A stretch of DNA of 64,000 nucleotides from Candidatus Hydrothermarchaeum profundi (lineage in GTDB: Archaea; Hydrothermarchaeota; Hydrothermarchaeia; Hydrothermarchaeales; Hydrothermarchaeaceae), in contig MTMF02000009.1 of the NCBI GenBank assembly GCA_002011125.2, forward strand, positions 1,352,989 through 1,416,988. Direction: 5' to 3'. The position numbers and the translations under genes are program-made. Shown here piece after piece: positions 1 to 9,365 of this stretch. The notes under the pieces are model-generated. The model was not told where the DNA came from and did not search any database. It was given only the letters and a program-made list of their open reading frames with translations. Each line of letters starts with the position of its first letter. Positions within the stretch are counted from its first letter, which is position 1.

Positions 1-809
1 GAGTTTATTTTTTTAGTAATCTCCTCTTTTGAATCGTGGACGAATATTGCGGTTTCAGGTAAAGATTTAGACATCTTGGAACTTATCTCCACATCTATAC
101 CCGAGTTCTCGTCAAAACCTTTCCCTTTAACAGGACCTTTAAGTCCCATTAGCATTCTATGACTAACGATTACGGGTCTACCATCGACTCCACAGTCAAC
201 GTAGTCTAACTGTTCTTTCATTCCTTTTTTTCCAGATATCTCTCTCGCTAACATATTCACTTTTCTTTGGTCCATACCGAGTTGGCAGATATCTGCTTTA
301 ATATGGAATATATCAGCGCACTGCATACTGGGATAGAATACAAATGCCGTGGGTTGCGAGTCGTCAGCTTCTCTGCCTGCTATAGCTAAGCTTCGTTTGG
401 TTCTTGTTAGCGAGTGGTTTTTAGCTATTAAAATGACTTTCTTCCAGTATTCTGGATCATCGAAGAAGTCTTTATGCCATATGACTTTTACTTTTTTCAT
501 ATCTACTCCTGCAGCCTTCCAGACTTCTATGAAATATCTCCCGGCGTCTCTTATTTTCTCAAGATCTCCTCCAAATTTGTTGTTAATCCATGCAAAAGAA
601 TCTGCGAGCAGTAGTTTTACTTTGACGCCTGCCGTAATCAGGTCTTTTAATAGAAGCGGCCTGTAGACGCCTACTGGCAGATGGGCAATACCACTTGGCT
701 CGAACCCATCGTATGCTACTGGATGCTTTTTTTCTTCAAGAAGTCTTCGTAGTTCTTCTTCAGTTATTATCTCTTGTCCTATGTTCTTTATGATTTCAAA
801 CCTATCCAT
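1..809 (-). CDS. tyrS: Tyrosyl-tRNA synthetase (3' end outside the window)
   Basis: Not in the ORF track. Manual translation from ATG at 809 gives MDRFEIIKNIGQEIITEEEL...AYDGFEPSGIAHLPVG...YPSMQCADIF...QLGMDQRKVNMLARE...KMSKS, all TyrRS motifs. Confidence 0.93.
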   Translation of the reverse strand, partial: MDRFEIIKNIGQEIITEEELRRLLEEKKHPVAYDGFEPSGIAHLPVGVYRPLLLKDLITAGVKVKLLLADSFAWINNKFGGDLEKIRDAGRYFIEVWKAAGVDMKKVKVIWHKDFFDDPEYWKKVILIAKNHSLTRTKRSLAIAGREADDSQPTAFVFYPSMQCADIFHIKADICQLGMDQRKVNMLAREISGKKGMKEQLDYVDCGVDGRPVIVSHRMLMGLKGPVKGKGFDENSGIDVEISSKMSKSLPETAIFVHDSKEEITKKIN

Positions 810-891
810 CTCAACACCCAAAAAATATTGCTGTGAGCAATATTCCATGATAAAGGTAGAAAAACTTTATTAACTTTATTACAAGAAGTGG

Positions 892-1410
892 ATGATTATG
901 GCGCTAAGAACGTTAAAACCAAAGAAGATAGACCCTTCTTTTATAAATGAAGTCAAGGCCGCTGGAGGAAAAAATATCGGGGCATGTTTCCAATGTGGGA
1001 CATGTGTAAGCTCATGTCCTGCGGGGCTAGTTACTACATATAAGATTAGGAAGATATTGAGGAAAACTTCTCTCGGTTTAAAAGACGATGTTTTAAAGAG
1101 CGAGGATATCTGGAAGTGTACGACGTGTCTAGCGTGCTATGATAGGTGTCCTAGGGGTGTAGAGCCGGTAGAAGTGATATTAGCTATAAGAAATATCGCA
1201 GTAAGGCATGGATATTTTCCTGAGAAACTTAAGAGTAATTTGAGAAATATTATAAACGCTGGGCAGCTGGTGACATTGACTGATGATATAAGTGGTTTTA
1301 GAGTGGAGTTGGGCCTGAGTGAGAACTCTCCTCATATGAAGTCTTCTAAAGCCCTCGATGAAGTTAACAAGATTTTGGAGATTACGGGTATAGAAGGATT
1401 GGAGGTATAA
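892..1410 (+). CDS. hdrC: Heterodisulfide reductase subunit C
   Basis: Two [4Fe-4S] motifs (CFQCGTCVSSCP, CTTCLACYDRCP); directly upstream of hdrB. Confidence 0.92.
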   Translation: MIMALRTLKPKKIDPSFINEVKAAGGKNIGACFQCGTCVSSCPAGLVTTYKIRKILRKTSLGLKDDVLKSEDIWKCTTCLACYDRCPRGVEPVEVILAIRNIAVRHGYFPEKLKSNLRNIINAGQLVTLTDDISGFRVELGLSENSPHMKSSKALDEVNKILEITGIEGLEV

Positions 1411-1412
1411 GT

Positions 1413-2297
1413 GTGAGGTATTCTCTTTTCTTGGGATGTGTTGCACCGCACCGTTATCCTGGGATTGAAGCGGCTACGAGGAAAATATTTGATAGGCTGG
1501 GTATAGATTTAATTGATATGGGCGATGCTTCTTGCTGTCCTGCGCCAGGTGTCTTCAGATCCATAGATAATTTAACATGGTTAGCGCTTGGAGCTAGGAA
1601 TATTACTATAGCCGAGGAGAATAAAGCTGATATTCTGACTGTGTGTAATGGATGTTTTGGCTCATTAAACGAAGTCAATTATAGGTTAAAAAATGATGTT
1701 ATCACTAGGTTGGAAGTGAACGATATTTTATCGAAGATAAATAGGGAATACAAGGGGGAGAGGGAGGTAAAACATGTTGTAGATGTGTTGTATAATGATG
1801 TAGGAGTAAAAGTTATAAAGGAAAGCGTAGCTGTGCCTTTAGAAGCTTTAAAAGTTGCAGTGCACTATGGGTGTCATTTCTTAAGACCTAAGACCCATTT
1901 AGAGCATAATGGCAGTGCTAGAATGAAAGCATTTAATGCGTTGGTAGAGGCAACTGGGGCTACTAATGTCGTCTATAGGGACAAACTTTTGTGTTGTGGG
2001 GCTGGTGGCGGGTTGAGATCTAATGACTTAGAGTCTTCTTTAGAGATTGCTAAACAAAAGTTAGAGAATATCCGTGAATCGGGGGCGGATATTATAGTCA
2101 ATCCTTGCTCGTTTTGTACATTTCATTTAGATACTTCTCAGCCTGCATTAAACGAGAAATATGGGGAAACCTTTAGGATCCCTGTACTCCATTATGTTCA
2201 GTTTCTTGGCCTGGCGATGGGATTAAAGCCCTATGAGTTGGGATTACAGAAACACTTAATACCTCTAGATGATTTACTGGAGAAGGTGGGTGTATGA
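1413..2297 (+). CDS. hdrB: Heterodisulfide reductase subunit B
   Basis: Two CCG domains: FLGC...CCPAPG...CNGC and HYGCH...CCGAGGG...CSFC. Confidence 0.93.
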   Translation: MRYSLFLGCVAPHRYPGIEAATRKIFDRLGIDLIDMGDASCCPAPGVFRSIDNLTWLALGARNITIAEENKADILTVCNGCFGSLNEVNYRLKNDVITRLEVNDILSKINREYKGEREVKHVVDVLYNDVGVKVIKESVAVPLEALKVAVHYGCHFLRPKTHLEHNGSARMKAFNALVEATGATNVVYRDKLLCCGAGGGLRSNDLESSLEIAKQKLENIRESGADIIVNPCSFCTFHLDTSQPALNEKYGETFRIPVLHYVQFLGLAMGLKPYELGLQKHLIPLDDLLEKVGV

Positions 2298-2812
2298 ATT
2301 TAGAAACTTTGCAGCAGGTTTGGTTAGTTACAATGAATATGGCAACCGAAGTTAGACGTAAAGGCATTGAAGTAGGCAATGCCTTTGACTATCTTAGGAC
2401 TGCTAAGGTGATATTAAACGAAAGGACCTTCGGCGAGACCGAGGATAGAGGTTTCCTTTTTAGAGCTTCTGAGCTTATAGACAATGCGCAGAGGGATATC
2501 TTCATTGCAGCCGAAGCTCTTGGTAAAGAATTCACAGTTGACTGGGAGAATAAAATTAGGGAGGTCCTTAATGGAAAGAAAGTGGGAGAATTCCCTGCAA
2601 CTAGATCATCTAAATTTTATTCACAGCTCCCGAGAAGTAAGAATTGGGTTAGGGTGCCAGATAAGAAGGAAGTTAAAGAAAAGGTTGAGGAACTTAAGGA
2701 CATTGAGGTTAGGCCTCATGGAGAGGGATATCTATTATTGATAGGCGATAAAGCTTCTTTGAGAAAAGCTCTTGACGCAATTTCTCCCGTTATGAGGGTG
2801 AAAGAACGATAA
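2294..2812 (+). CDS. DUF2096-like protein
   Basis: N-terminal QQVWLV...EVRRKGIEV...LRTAKVIL and late SKFY..LPR..NWVRV resemble DUF2096, a family seen beside hdrCB in methanogens. Confidence 0.65.
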   Translation: MNLETLQQVWLVTMNMATEVRRKGIEVGNAFDYLRTAKVILNERTFGETEDRGFLFRASELIDNAQRDIFIAAEALGKEFTVDWENKIREVLNGKKVGEFPATRSSKFYSQLPRSKNWVRVPDKKEVKEKVEELKDIEVRPHGEGYLLLIGDKASLRKALDAISPVMRVKER

Positions 2813-3636
2813 TAGATTGCCATGCCCATGTTTCACAAAAGCCGAGGGCTATACCTGATGACCTTAAAGAAGCCGCCTTCGGGTATCACCTCAGAACAGG
2901 TATAGAAGTTACTCGGTATGGGGTGGTTGATGATCTTTTAGAACAATCTGTCTCATATGGAGTTTCTAAAATTTGCGTTTCGCCGCTAATAAGCTCCGCG
3001 AGGGAGGAATATGAAGGACTTAATGATTTCACTTCCTATGTGGTTAGAGATAACCCCTGTTTCGAAGGATTTGCTGTAGTTCATCCTTTTCAAAAATATG
3101 CGAAAGGAGAGCTTGAGAGAGCCATATACGATCTGGAGTTAAAAGGACTTTTTCTTGATCCTGAGTTACAGGGATTCAGATTTTCTGATGATAGATTCTG
3201 GGATTTTCTGGAATTCGTGAAGACCCTTAAAATTCCTGTTTTTGTTCATTGCGAATATAATTCCGAAAATAAGTTTTTTGTGCCTGAAGAGGTTAATGAA
3301 GTGATTATTAGTTTTCCAAGAGTAAACTTTATTTTCCCTCAAGCTGTAGGATGGGATAAAGTATATTCTGAGGAGAATGTATTCTATGATACATCACATT
3401 CTTCTTCTGACAAGCTATTAGAAATGGTAACGGAATTAGGGGCAGACAAGGTATTATTCGGCTCTGACTTCAAATATAACTTCTACCCGGCTTATGAGAT
3501 AGAGAAAATCCAGGGACTTGACTTGTCTGAGGAAGAAAAGGAGAAGATTCTTGGGGGGAATATGGCACAGCTTTTTGGTGTTTCTGTTGAGAAAGGCACG
3601 AGGTTTTCTGGTTTTTTTAAAAGATTTTTTCGGTAA
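2806..3636 (+). CDS. Amidohydrolase family 2 (TIM-barrel metallohydrolase); likely start upstream of the ORF-track call
   Basis: In-frame IIDCHAH metal motif at 2809-2829, plus PVFVH, YDTS and KVLFGSD. An in-frame TGA lies at 2773 and there is no ATG/GTG/TTG before the motif; ACG at 2806 follows SD GAGGGTGA. Confidence 0.8.
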   Translation, partial: TIIDCHAHVSQKPRAIPDDLKEAAFGYHLRTGIEVTRYGVVDDLLEQSVSYGVSKICVSPLISSAREEYEGLNDFTSYVVRDNPCFEGFAVVHPFQKYAKGELERAIYDLELKGLFLDPELQGFRFSDDRFWDFLEFVKTLKIPVFVHCEYNSENKFFVPEEVNEVIISFPRVNFIFPQAVGWDKVYSEENVFYDTSHSSSDKLLEMVTELGADKVLFGSDFKYNFYPAYEIEKIQGLDLSEEEKEKILGGNMAQLFGVSVEKGTRFSGFFKRFFR

Positions 3637-3642
3637 TTATCC

Positions 3643-4674
3643 TTAATATGTTCTATAGATCAAAAAGTCGGCGAGAATCTTTAATTTTTCCATCGCTTCA
3701 TTATTGATCCCTGTTTTTTCGAGATGACTTATAGCTTCTTTTTCGTATTTATCAGCTATCCGACGTGAATATGTTTGAGCGTTGACTTTTTCTAAGATGT
3801 GAAGTACTTTTTTTATGTCTTCTTCACTGGAAGACTCTTTCTCGTAGATTTCAATTAGTGTCTCCCTATCTTCTTTTGAGGCTTTTTCAAAGGCGTAGAG
3901 AACAGGGAGAGTTTTCTTCTTGTTTTTAATATCACTTGCGTGGGGTTTCCCGGTTTTTTTTGCATCCTGCCATATCCCTAAGATATCATCAACTATCTGG
4001 AAGGCTATCCCGATCTTTCTTCCAAATGCTCTGAAGTGTTTTATTGTACTTTCATCGTTCGTGGCGAGTATAGCCCCTATGTGCGTCGATGCCTCTATTA
4101 AGGCAGCGGTTTTTCTGGAGATCATATCTATATACATTTCGGGAGTTACATCTGTTCTCCCTTCAAAGTCCATGTCTAAGTATTGCCCTTCACATAACTC
4201 GATAACTGTGTTGTTAAGTATAGCGAGTACGTCTACAATTTTTGATTCGGTTACATTACGGTCTCTCAAGTTTAAGGCTGCTAGATTAGCCATTACATGC
4301 ATTCCATCTCCTACGTTTATAGCATGGGGAACTCCCCAAAGCTTCCATACTGTTGGTTTGTGTCTTCTCTCTTCATCCATGTCTTCGATATCATCGTGAA
4401 TTAATGAAAAATTATGTATCAGCTCTAAAGCCGCCGCCGCTGGTAGAGCTTTATCATATACCCCACTTAGGGCATTATAGGTTAAGAGGCAAAGTGTCGG
4501 TCTAAATCTTTTGCCTCTATACTGCTCTATCGGTCTTAAGTTTTCGTCAAGCCAGCCGAGATGATATTTCATCATGTCATAGAGAGGTTTAGGAAACATT
4601 CTTTTCTCGAAAATGGATTTTATTTCGTTGTCTATCATTTCGAGATGCTGGTAGAGTATACTTTCTGCATTCAA
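3643..4674 (-). CDS. idsA: Polyprenyl diphosphate (GGPP) synthase
   Basis: GKRFRP, HDDIEDMDEERRH (FARM), GQYLD, KTA and FQIVDD (SARM). Confidence 0.92.
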   Translation of the reverse strand: MNAESILYQHLEMIDNEIKSIFEKRMFPKPLYDMMKYHLGWLDENLRPIEQYRGKRFRPTLCLLTYNALSGVYDKALPAAAALELIHNFSLIHDDIEDMDEERRHKPTVWKLWGVPHAINVGDGMHVMANLAALNLRDRNVTESKIVDVLAILNNTVIELCEGQYLDMDFEGRTDVTPEMYIDMISRKTAALIEASTHIGAILATNDESTIKHFRAFGRKIGIAFQIVDDILGIWQDAKKTGKPHASDIKNKKKTLPVLYAFEKASKEDRETLIEIYEKESSSEEDIKKVLHILEKVNAQTYSRRIADKYEKEAISHLEKTGINNEAMEKLKILADFLIYRTY

Positions 4675-4933
4675 TTTGGAAGACTCTCCGTTTTTTGAGT
4701 TGAAGTATAAGAGCTTTCAATAAAAATATTTCGAAGGATACCGTTTGTATTATGAGTAGTTAAAGTTGTTTGATAGGTAATCCTGGGGTGAGTTGGTAAG
4801 CCTTGTTAGTCTCACTCATTCTCCTTATACTATTTTGGTTCAGAGTCTACTATTTAGATTAATATTTTTTTAGAAGATTGATGGCCTGATAAACTAAGTA
4901 TTTAATAAAATGATGGAGAACAGAACCTTAAAA

Positions 4934-6832
4934 TTAAGCTTTATGTAGCTCTGGCGAAGGCTTATCTATGCCCTGTGGCAGAGGTAGTAGGTCTTTTACT
5001 CTTTCTATTAGACCTTCCTTGTCTCCTTTCCACACAAAGGCTTTTTCTAGGGCCTGAGATAGATTTTTAACAGGTATTATTTCTATGGTCTTTGCTTTCT
5101 TTTTATCTATCATAACATCTTTCATGTTACCTTCCGGTATCACGATCTTTTTAATACCGGCTGAAATTGCTGCTTCTATCTTAGCGTTTACGCCTCCTAC
5201 TGGTAATACATCTCCTCGCACGCTTAGACTACCTGTCATGGCTATAGACTGATCTACCGGTATGTTTTCTAACGCAGATATTACTGCAGTGGCCACAGAT
5301 ATGCTTGCACTGTCTCCTTCTACCCCTTCATAGGTTTGGAGAAACTGTATATGGACATCATATTTTGAGATATCTCTCCCGGTGTGTTTCTTTATTACTG
5401 CGCTAACGTTTTGTATTGCTTCCTTCGCTATTTCTTGCAACTTTCCAGTAGCTATTATCTTCCCCTCCTCTTTACTGTGTGCAGGAGCTACTTCCGCAAC
5501 AATTGGGAGGATAACACCGCTATCACTCCCGATTACAGCGAGACCATTTACTCTACCTATCTCTTCTCCTTCTATCCTGTAAACATTATAGTCTTTCCTG
5601 ATACTTATGTATCTATCTGCAATTTGTTGCTCGAGAGTCCTCGCTATCTTCTTGGCAGTTTTAATATGTTGTGCGGTTACAATTGGTGCGTTCTCGCTTC
5701 TTGCGACATCACCAGCTGCTCGTATAAGTCCACCGAGATTGCGCAACCTAAGGGTTAACTTACCTCGCCTGCCTGACCTTCTCCTAGCTTCCTCTATTAT
5801 CTCTTTTACAGCATCCCTTGAAAAATGAGGTATCTTTTGATCTTTAACTACCTCCTGAGCAACAAATTGAACTAGTTTGTTTCTATTTTCAGGAGTATCC
5901 TCCATTACATCTTTCATGTATATTTCATATCCATATCCTCTAATTCTAGATCTCAATGCGGGATGCATATTTTGGACTGCTTCAAGGTTTCCAGCCGCTA
6001 CTAATATAAAGTCACAGGGCACAGGCTCGGTTCTAACCATTGCACCGCTAGAGCGTTCGCTTCGACCAGTAATTGAAAATTTCTTTTCTTGCATCGCGGT
6101 CAGTAGGTTTTGTTGGGATTCTATCCCTAAAGTGGCTATCTCATCAATGAAGAGAACCCCTTTATTTGCTCTGTGTATTGCTCCAGCTTCAATCAACTCA
6201 TGTGGGGGGGTTTCCAATCCACCGGACTGGAAAGGATCGTGTCTAACATCACCAAAAAGAGCTCCCGCATGGGCTCCAGTGGCATCGATAAAAGGCGCTT
6301 TCTTTTTTTCAGAGTTGTTGATTAGAAGCTTAGGGACCATTACTTCATCTTTGATCTTGATGTATTGTCTGCCCATAAGTAGAAAGACCGAAGCTATGAT
6401 ACCTGCGAATAGTACCATCGGTTGGGCCCCGGGTGCTAGGAAGCCGTAATATAGTACAAGGAATAGGATTGCGAAGAAAAGCATCTTAAACATAGTGTTT
6501 ACAGGAGCCTCTACTTTCCTCTTTTGCTCTCTGAATCGCTCTACTATCTTTTCTCCACTACCTGCTTTTACTACTTCTATTCGAGGATTGTTTTTGTCGG
6601 CAGGGTTCGGATGGACTAGCACATCTTCAAGTTCTTCGGTCGGCAACAGTTCCGACATAGCCATTCCGAGCATACTTTTACCGGTACCTGGCTCACCTAT
6701 CAAGAGGATATGACGTTTTTGTTTCGCTGCTTTCCTGATTATCTCAACTGCATGCTCTTGTCCGATTACTTGATCTATAAGTTTTTTTGGCACTTCGATC
6801 TCTTCGGTTGTCTCGAATTTCATCAACGCCAA
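4934..6832 (-). CDS. lonB: Archaeal membrane-anchored Lon protease (LonB), no intein
   Basis: GEPGTGKS Walker A, two TM helices in the AAA insert, LFIDEI, EGDSAS catalytic Ser, PVGGVNAK Lys. Confidence 0.96.
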   Translation of the reverse strand: MALMKFETTEEIEVPKKLIDQVIGQEHAVEIIRKAAKQKRHILLIGEPGTGKSMLGMAMSELLPTEELEDVLVHPNPADKNNPRIEVVKAGSGEKIVERFREQKRKVEAPVNTMFKMLFFAILFLVLYYGFLAPGAQPMVLFAGIIASVFLLMGRQYIKIKDEVMVPKLLINNSEKKKAPFIDATGAHAGALFGDVRHDPFQSGGLETPPHELIEAGAIHRANKGVLFIDEIATLGIESQQNLLTAMQEKKFSITGRSERSSGAMVRTEPVPCDFILVAAGNLEAVQNMHPALRSRIRGYGYEIYMKDVMEDTPENRNKLVQFVAQEVVKDQKIPHFSRDAVKEIIEEARRRSGRRGKLTLRLRNLGGLIRAAGDVARSENAPIVTAQHIKTAKKIARTLEQQIADRYISIRKDYNVYRIEGEEIGRVNGLAVIGSDSGVILPIVAEVAPAHSKEEGKIIATGKLQEIAKEAIQNVSAVIKKHTGRDISKYDVHIQFLQTYEGVEGDSASISVATAVISALENIPVDQSIAMTGSLSVRGDVLPVGGVNAKIEAAISAGIKKIVIPEGNMKDVMIDKKKAKTIEIIPVKNLSQALEKAFVWKGDKEGLIERVKDLLPLPQGIDKPSPELHKA

Positions 6833-6939
6833 GCTAAACCACCTTCCCTTAGGGGATTTTAATTATTGATTTTCTACTTTAAATACCTTGGGTACCCCCT
6901 CCTTTCTAGGAAATTTTATATATTTTTCAATTATAGCTC

Positions 6940-7806
6940 TTGGATATGAGCAGGATAATATTCGGGGGTTCATCATGTGAGGTTCTTGCTAGGGAAGTGG
7001 GATCAGATTTAGAGTTGGGTGTATTGACTATCCGCAAGTTTCCTGACGGTGAGCGTTATATTAGAATCGAGAGCGAGGTGGAAGGTAAGGAATGCATAGT
7101 AATACAGTCAACTAATAGACCGCAGGATGAAAATATTCTGGAGCTATTGGGGGTTCTCAGCACTCTTAGGGACTTAGAAGCAAAACGCATAATAGCAGTT
7201 GTACCTTTCTATGGGTATGGTAGGCAAGACAAAAGGTTTACTCCGGGGGAGTGTGTTACTGCGAAGACAATTGCCCAGTTGATCCAGTTATATTCTGACG
7301 AATTTATAACTATTAACATCCATAAGGAACACATATTGGATTTTTTCGAAATCTCCTCATGTAATTTAGATGCAGGCCCTTTGCTTGGGAGGTATTTTAA
7401 AAACTACGATATGAAGGACCCTTTAGTAATAGGGCCGGATAAAGGAGCATTGAAACTCGCTAAAACGGTTGCAAAAGAGTGTGAATGCGCTTACGATTAT
7501 CTAGAGAAAAAAAGAATAGGCCCCGGAAATGTTGAAATGAAACCTCGGGAAGTGGATGTTAAGGGCAGAGATGTTGTTCTTGTGGATGACATAATAGATT
7601 CTGGCGGCACGATGTTAGAGGCGATGAAGAAGTTAAAAGTAGCTGGTGCTTCAAATATACTAATAGGATGCATCCATCCAGTATTAACGGGTAATATTAT
7701 TACACGGCTCTACTCTTATGGAGCAAAAAAAGTTGTTGCAACCAATACAATTCCAACCCAAATTAGCGAGATATCAGTTGCCTCGTTGATAAGATCCTCT
7801 TTATGA
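6940..7806 (+). CDS. prs: Ribose-phosphate pyrophosphokinase
   Basis: FPDGE, YGRQDKRF, PDKGA, LVDDIIDSGGT. Confidence 0.95.
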   Translation: MDMSRIIFGGSSCEVLAREVGSDLELGVLTIRKFPDGERYIRIESEVEGKECIVIQSTNRPQDENILELLGVLSTLRDLEAKRIIAVVPFYGYGRQDKRFTPGECVTAKTIAQLIQLYSDEFITINIHKEHILDFFEISSCNLDAGPLLGRYFKNYDMKDPLVIGPDKGALKLAKTVAKECECAYDYLEKKRIGPGNVEMKPREVDVKGRDVVLVDDIIDSGGTMLEAMKKLKVAGASNILIGCIHPVLTGNIITRLYSYGAKKVVATNTIPTQISEISVASLIRSSL

Positions 7807-8249
7807 AATTCAAGAAGGTTGTTGTTGGAGGAAGCTTCGATCATTTACATAAGGGGCATAAGGCTTTGCTTGAGAAAGCTTTTGAGTTAGGCGAGAAGGT
7901 TATAATAGGACTTACCTCTGATGAGATGGTTAATAAGCCTCTTCAGCCATATGGCCATAGAAAAAAGAGGCTGGAGGAGTACTTGTCTAATTTTAACTAT
8001 GAGCTAATTAAACTCAATGACCCTTACGGGATAGCAGTAGAAGATCCTGAGGTTGATGCTATCGTGGTTTCTGAGGAAACTTTAGAGAGAGCGAAGGAAA
8101 TAAACCAAATGAGAAATGAGAAAGGTCTTAAGAGACTGGAGGTAATAGTTGTTCCTATAGTGCTTGCAGAAGATGGTAAGCCTATCTCGTCTACTAGGAT
8201 TAGAAAAGGTGAAATTAACGCTGATGGAGAAATAATAAGAGAAAATTGA
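7803..8249 (+). CDS. coaD: Phosphopantetheine adenylyltransferase (archaeal type)
   Basis: GGSFDHLHKGH, IVVSEET, ISSTRIRKGEI. Confidence 0.88.
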   Translation: MKFKKVVVGGSFDHLHKGHKALLEKAFELGEKVIIGLTSDEMVNKPLQPYGHRKKRLEEYLSNFNYELIKLNDPYGIAVEDPEVDAIVVSEETLERAKEINQMRNEKGLKRLEVIVVPIVLAEDGKPISSTRIRKGEINADGEIIREN

Positions 8250-8369
8250 GCTATATCCTAATAAGCTTTAGCTTAGTTTATCTGTTTCGGAAATTAAACT
8301 ATTTTTGCTCTAACGTAGGCTCTCTTCACTACAATAACATTTATATATTTTTCTTGGGAGTATTCCTCC

Positions 8370-8786
8370 ATGAATTCAGCTTTTGATAAGAGAGTGAAGG
8401 ATGTGATGAGTAGGGGTGTAGTTACCGTGAGGTTTGACGCCCCTCTCAGAGAAGTTATTCGAAAAATGGCAGAGGCAGATGTGTCTGCGGTTATAGCAGT
8501 TGATGGCGAGTCAGAGATAATGGGGACAATCTCTTCAATTGATGTTATAAAATATCTAAAAAGCAGACCGCCTGAGGATTTAAAGAAGGCTGTTGCTGAG
8601 GACGTTATGACTCCTACTATACATATTGAGCCTAATAAGACTTTGAAGGATGCTGCTGAGATCATGATTGGTAAGAGGATTCACAGGTTGGTTGTGCTTC
8701 ATCCTCATCAGGTCGCTGGCAATCGGCCAGTTGGAGTCCTATCGATTACAGACATTATAAGAGAAGTTAAGAATAGCATAATGTGA
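8370..8786 (+). CDS. Stand-alone CBS-pair protein (tandem copy 1)
   Basis: VKDVMSRGVVTV...GTISSID...AEDVMT...IHRLVV...GVLSITD. Confidence 0.9.
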   Translation: MNSAFDKRVKDVMSRGVVTVRFDAPLREVIRKMAEADVSAVIAVDGESEIMGTISSIDVIKYLKSRPPEDLKKAVAEDVMTPTIHIEPNKTLKDAAEIMIGKRIHRLVVLHPHQVAGNRPVGVLSITDIIREVKNSIM

Positions 8787-9179
8787 GATTATAAATGAGG
8801 TTTTGATATGTATTCGGCTTTTGCGAGGAAAGTTAGAGATGTGATGAGTAGGGGTGTAGTTACCGTGAGGTTTGACGCCCCTTTAAAGGAGGCCGTAAGG
8901 ATTATGGCAGATGCGGATGTTACCGCTATAATAGCGGTAGATGATAGGGGAGAAATAATGGGCGTGGTTTCTTCAATTGATGTAGTAAAATACCTTAAAG
9001 ATAGAACTCCTGAGGAACTGGACACCGCGGTAGTTGAAGATGTTATGACACCCTCAGTGATACAGGTTGAGCCTAATAAGACTTTGAAGGATGCTGCTGA
9101 GATCATGATTGGTAAGAGGATTCACAGGTTGGTTGTGCTTCATCCTCATCAGGTCGCTGGCAATCGGCCAGTTGGAGTC
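8626..9179 (+). repeat. Identical 113-bp direct repeat (8626-8738 = 9067-9179) between the CBS paralogues; a second identical 45-bp block at 8400-8444 = 8838-8882
   Basis: Read directly: ttgagcctaataag...ccagttggagtc occurs twice, and gatgtgatgagtagggg...gacgcccct occurs twice. Confidence 0.9.
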
Positions 9180-9227
9180 ATTTCAACGACGGATCTTATT
9201 AGGGAATTAAATAAAACTATCGACTAA
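8808..9227 (+). CDS. Stand-alone CBS-pair protein (tandem copy 2)
   Basis: Paralogue of 8370..8786 with the same CBS motifs. Confidence 0.9.
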   Translation: MYSAFARKVRDVMSRGVVTVRFDAPLKEAVRIMADADVTAIIAVDDRGEIMGVVSSIDVVKYLKDRTPEELDTAVVEDVMTPSVIQVEPNKTLKDAAEIMIGKRIHRLVVLHPHQVAGNRPVGVISTTDLIRELNKTID

Positions 9228-9229
9228 GG

Positions 9230-9302
9230 GGGCCCGTGGTCTAGTGGTTATGACGCCACGCTTACAACGTGGAGGTCGGGAGTTCAATTCTCCCCGGGCC
9301 CA
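9230..9302 (+). tRNA. tRNA-Val(TAC)
   Basis: GGGCCCG/CGGGCCC acceptor stem, anticodon arm CCACG-CT-TAC-AA-CGTGG, GTTCAATTC T-loop; no intron, no encoded CCA. Confidence 0.96.
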
Positions 9303-9365
9303 TTTCTTTTTGTTCAAATATTTGGGGTTATTTTTTTCTTTTGTAAATTTTGTTATCTAATATAC

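Noticed and set aside
349-666. 105-aa plus-strand ORF, and the many similar antisense ORFs (e.g. 3920..4399, 5877..6449, 17845..18492, 37243..37701)
   Set aside because: Shadows of well-supported genes on the opposite strand; Ser/Ile/Phe-rich with no motifs.
4760-4826. 19-codon minus-strand uORF (MSETNKAYQLTPGLPIKQL) and a G-U-rich plus-strand hairpin between idsA and lonB
   Set aside because: The SD is only 1 nt from the ATG and the hairpin is weak; no independent support.
4934-6832. Intein in LonB
   Set aside because: Normal length with continuous AAA motifs; no intein signature.
8626-9179. CRISPR-like or mobile repeat
   Set aside because: Two copies only, both in frame within paralogous CBS genes; no spacers or cas genes.
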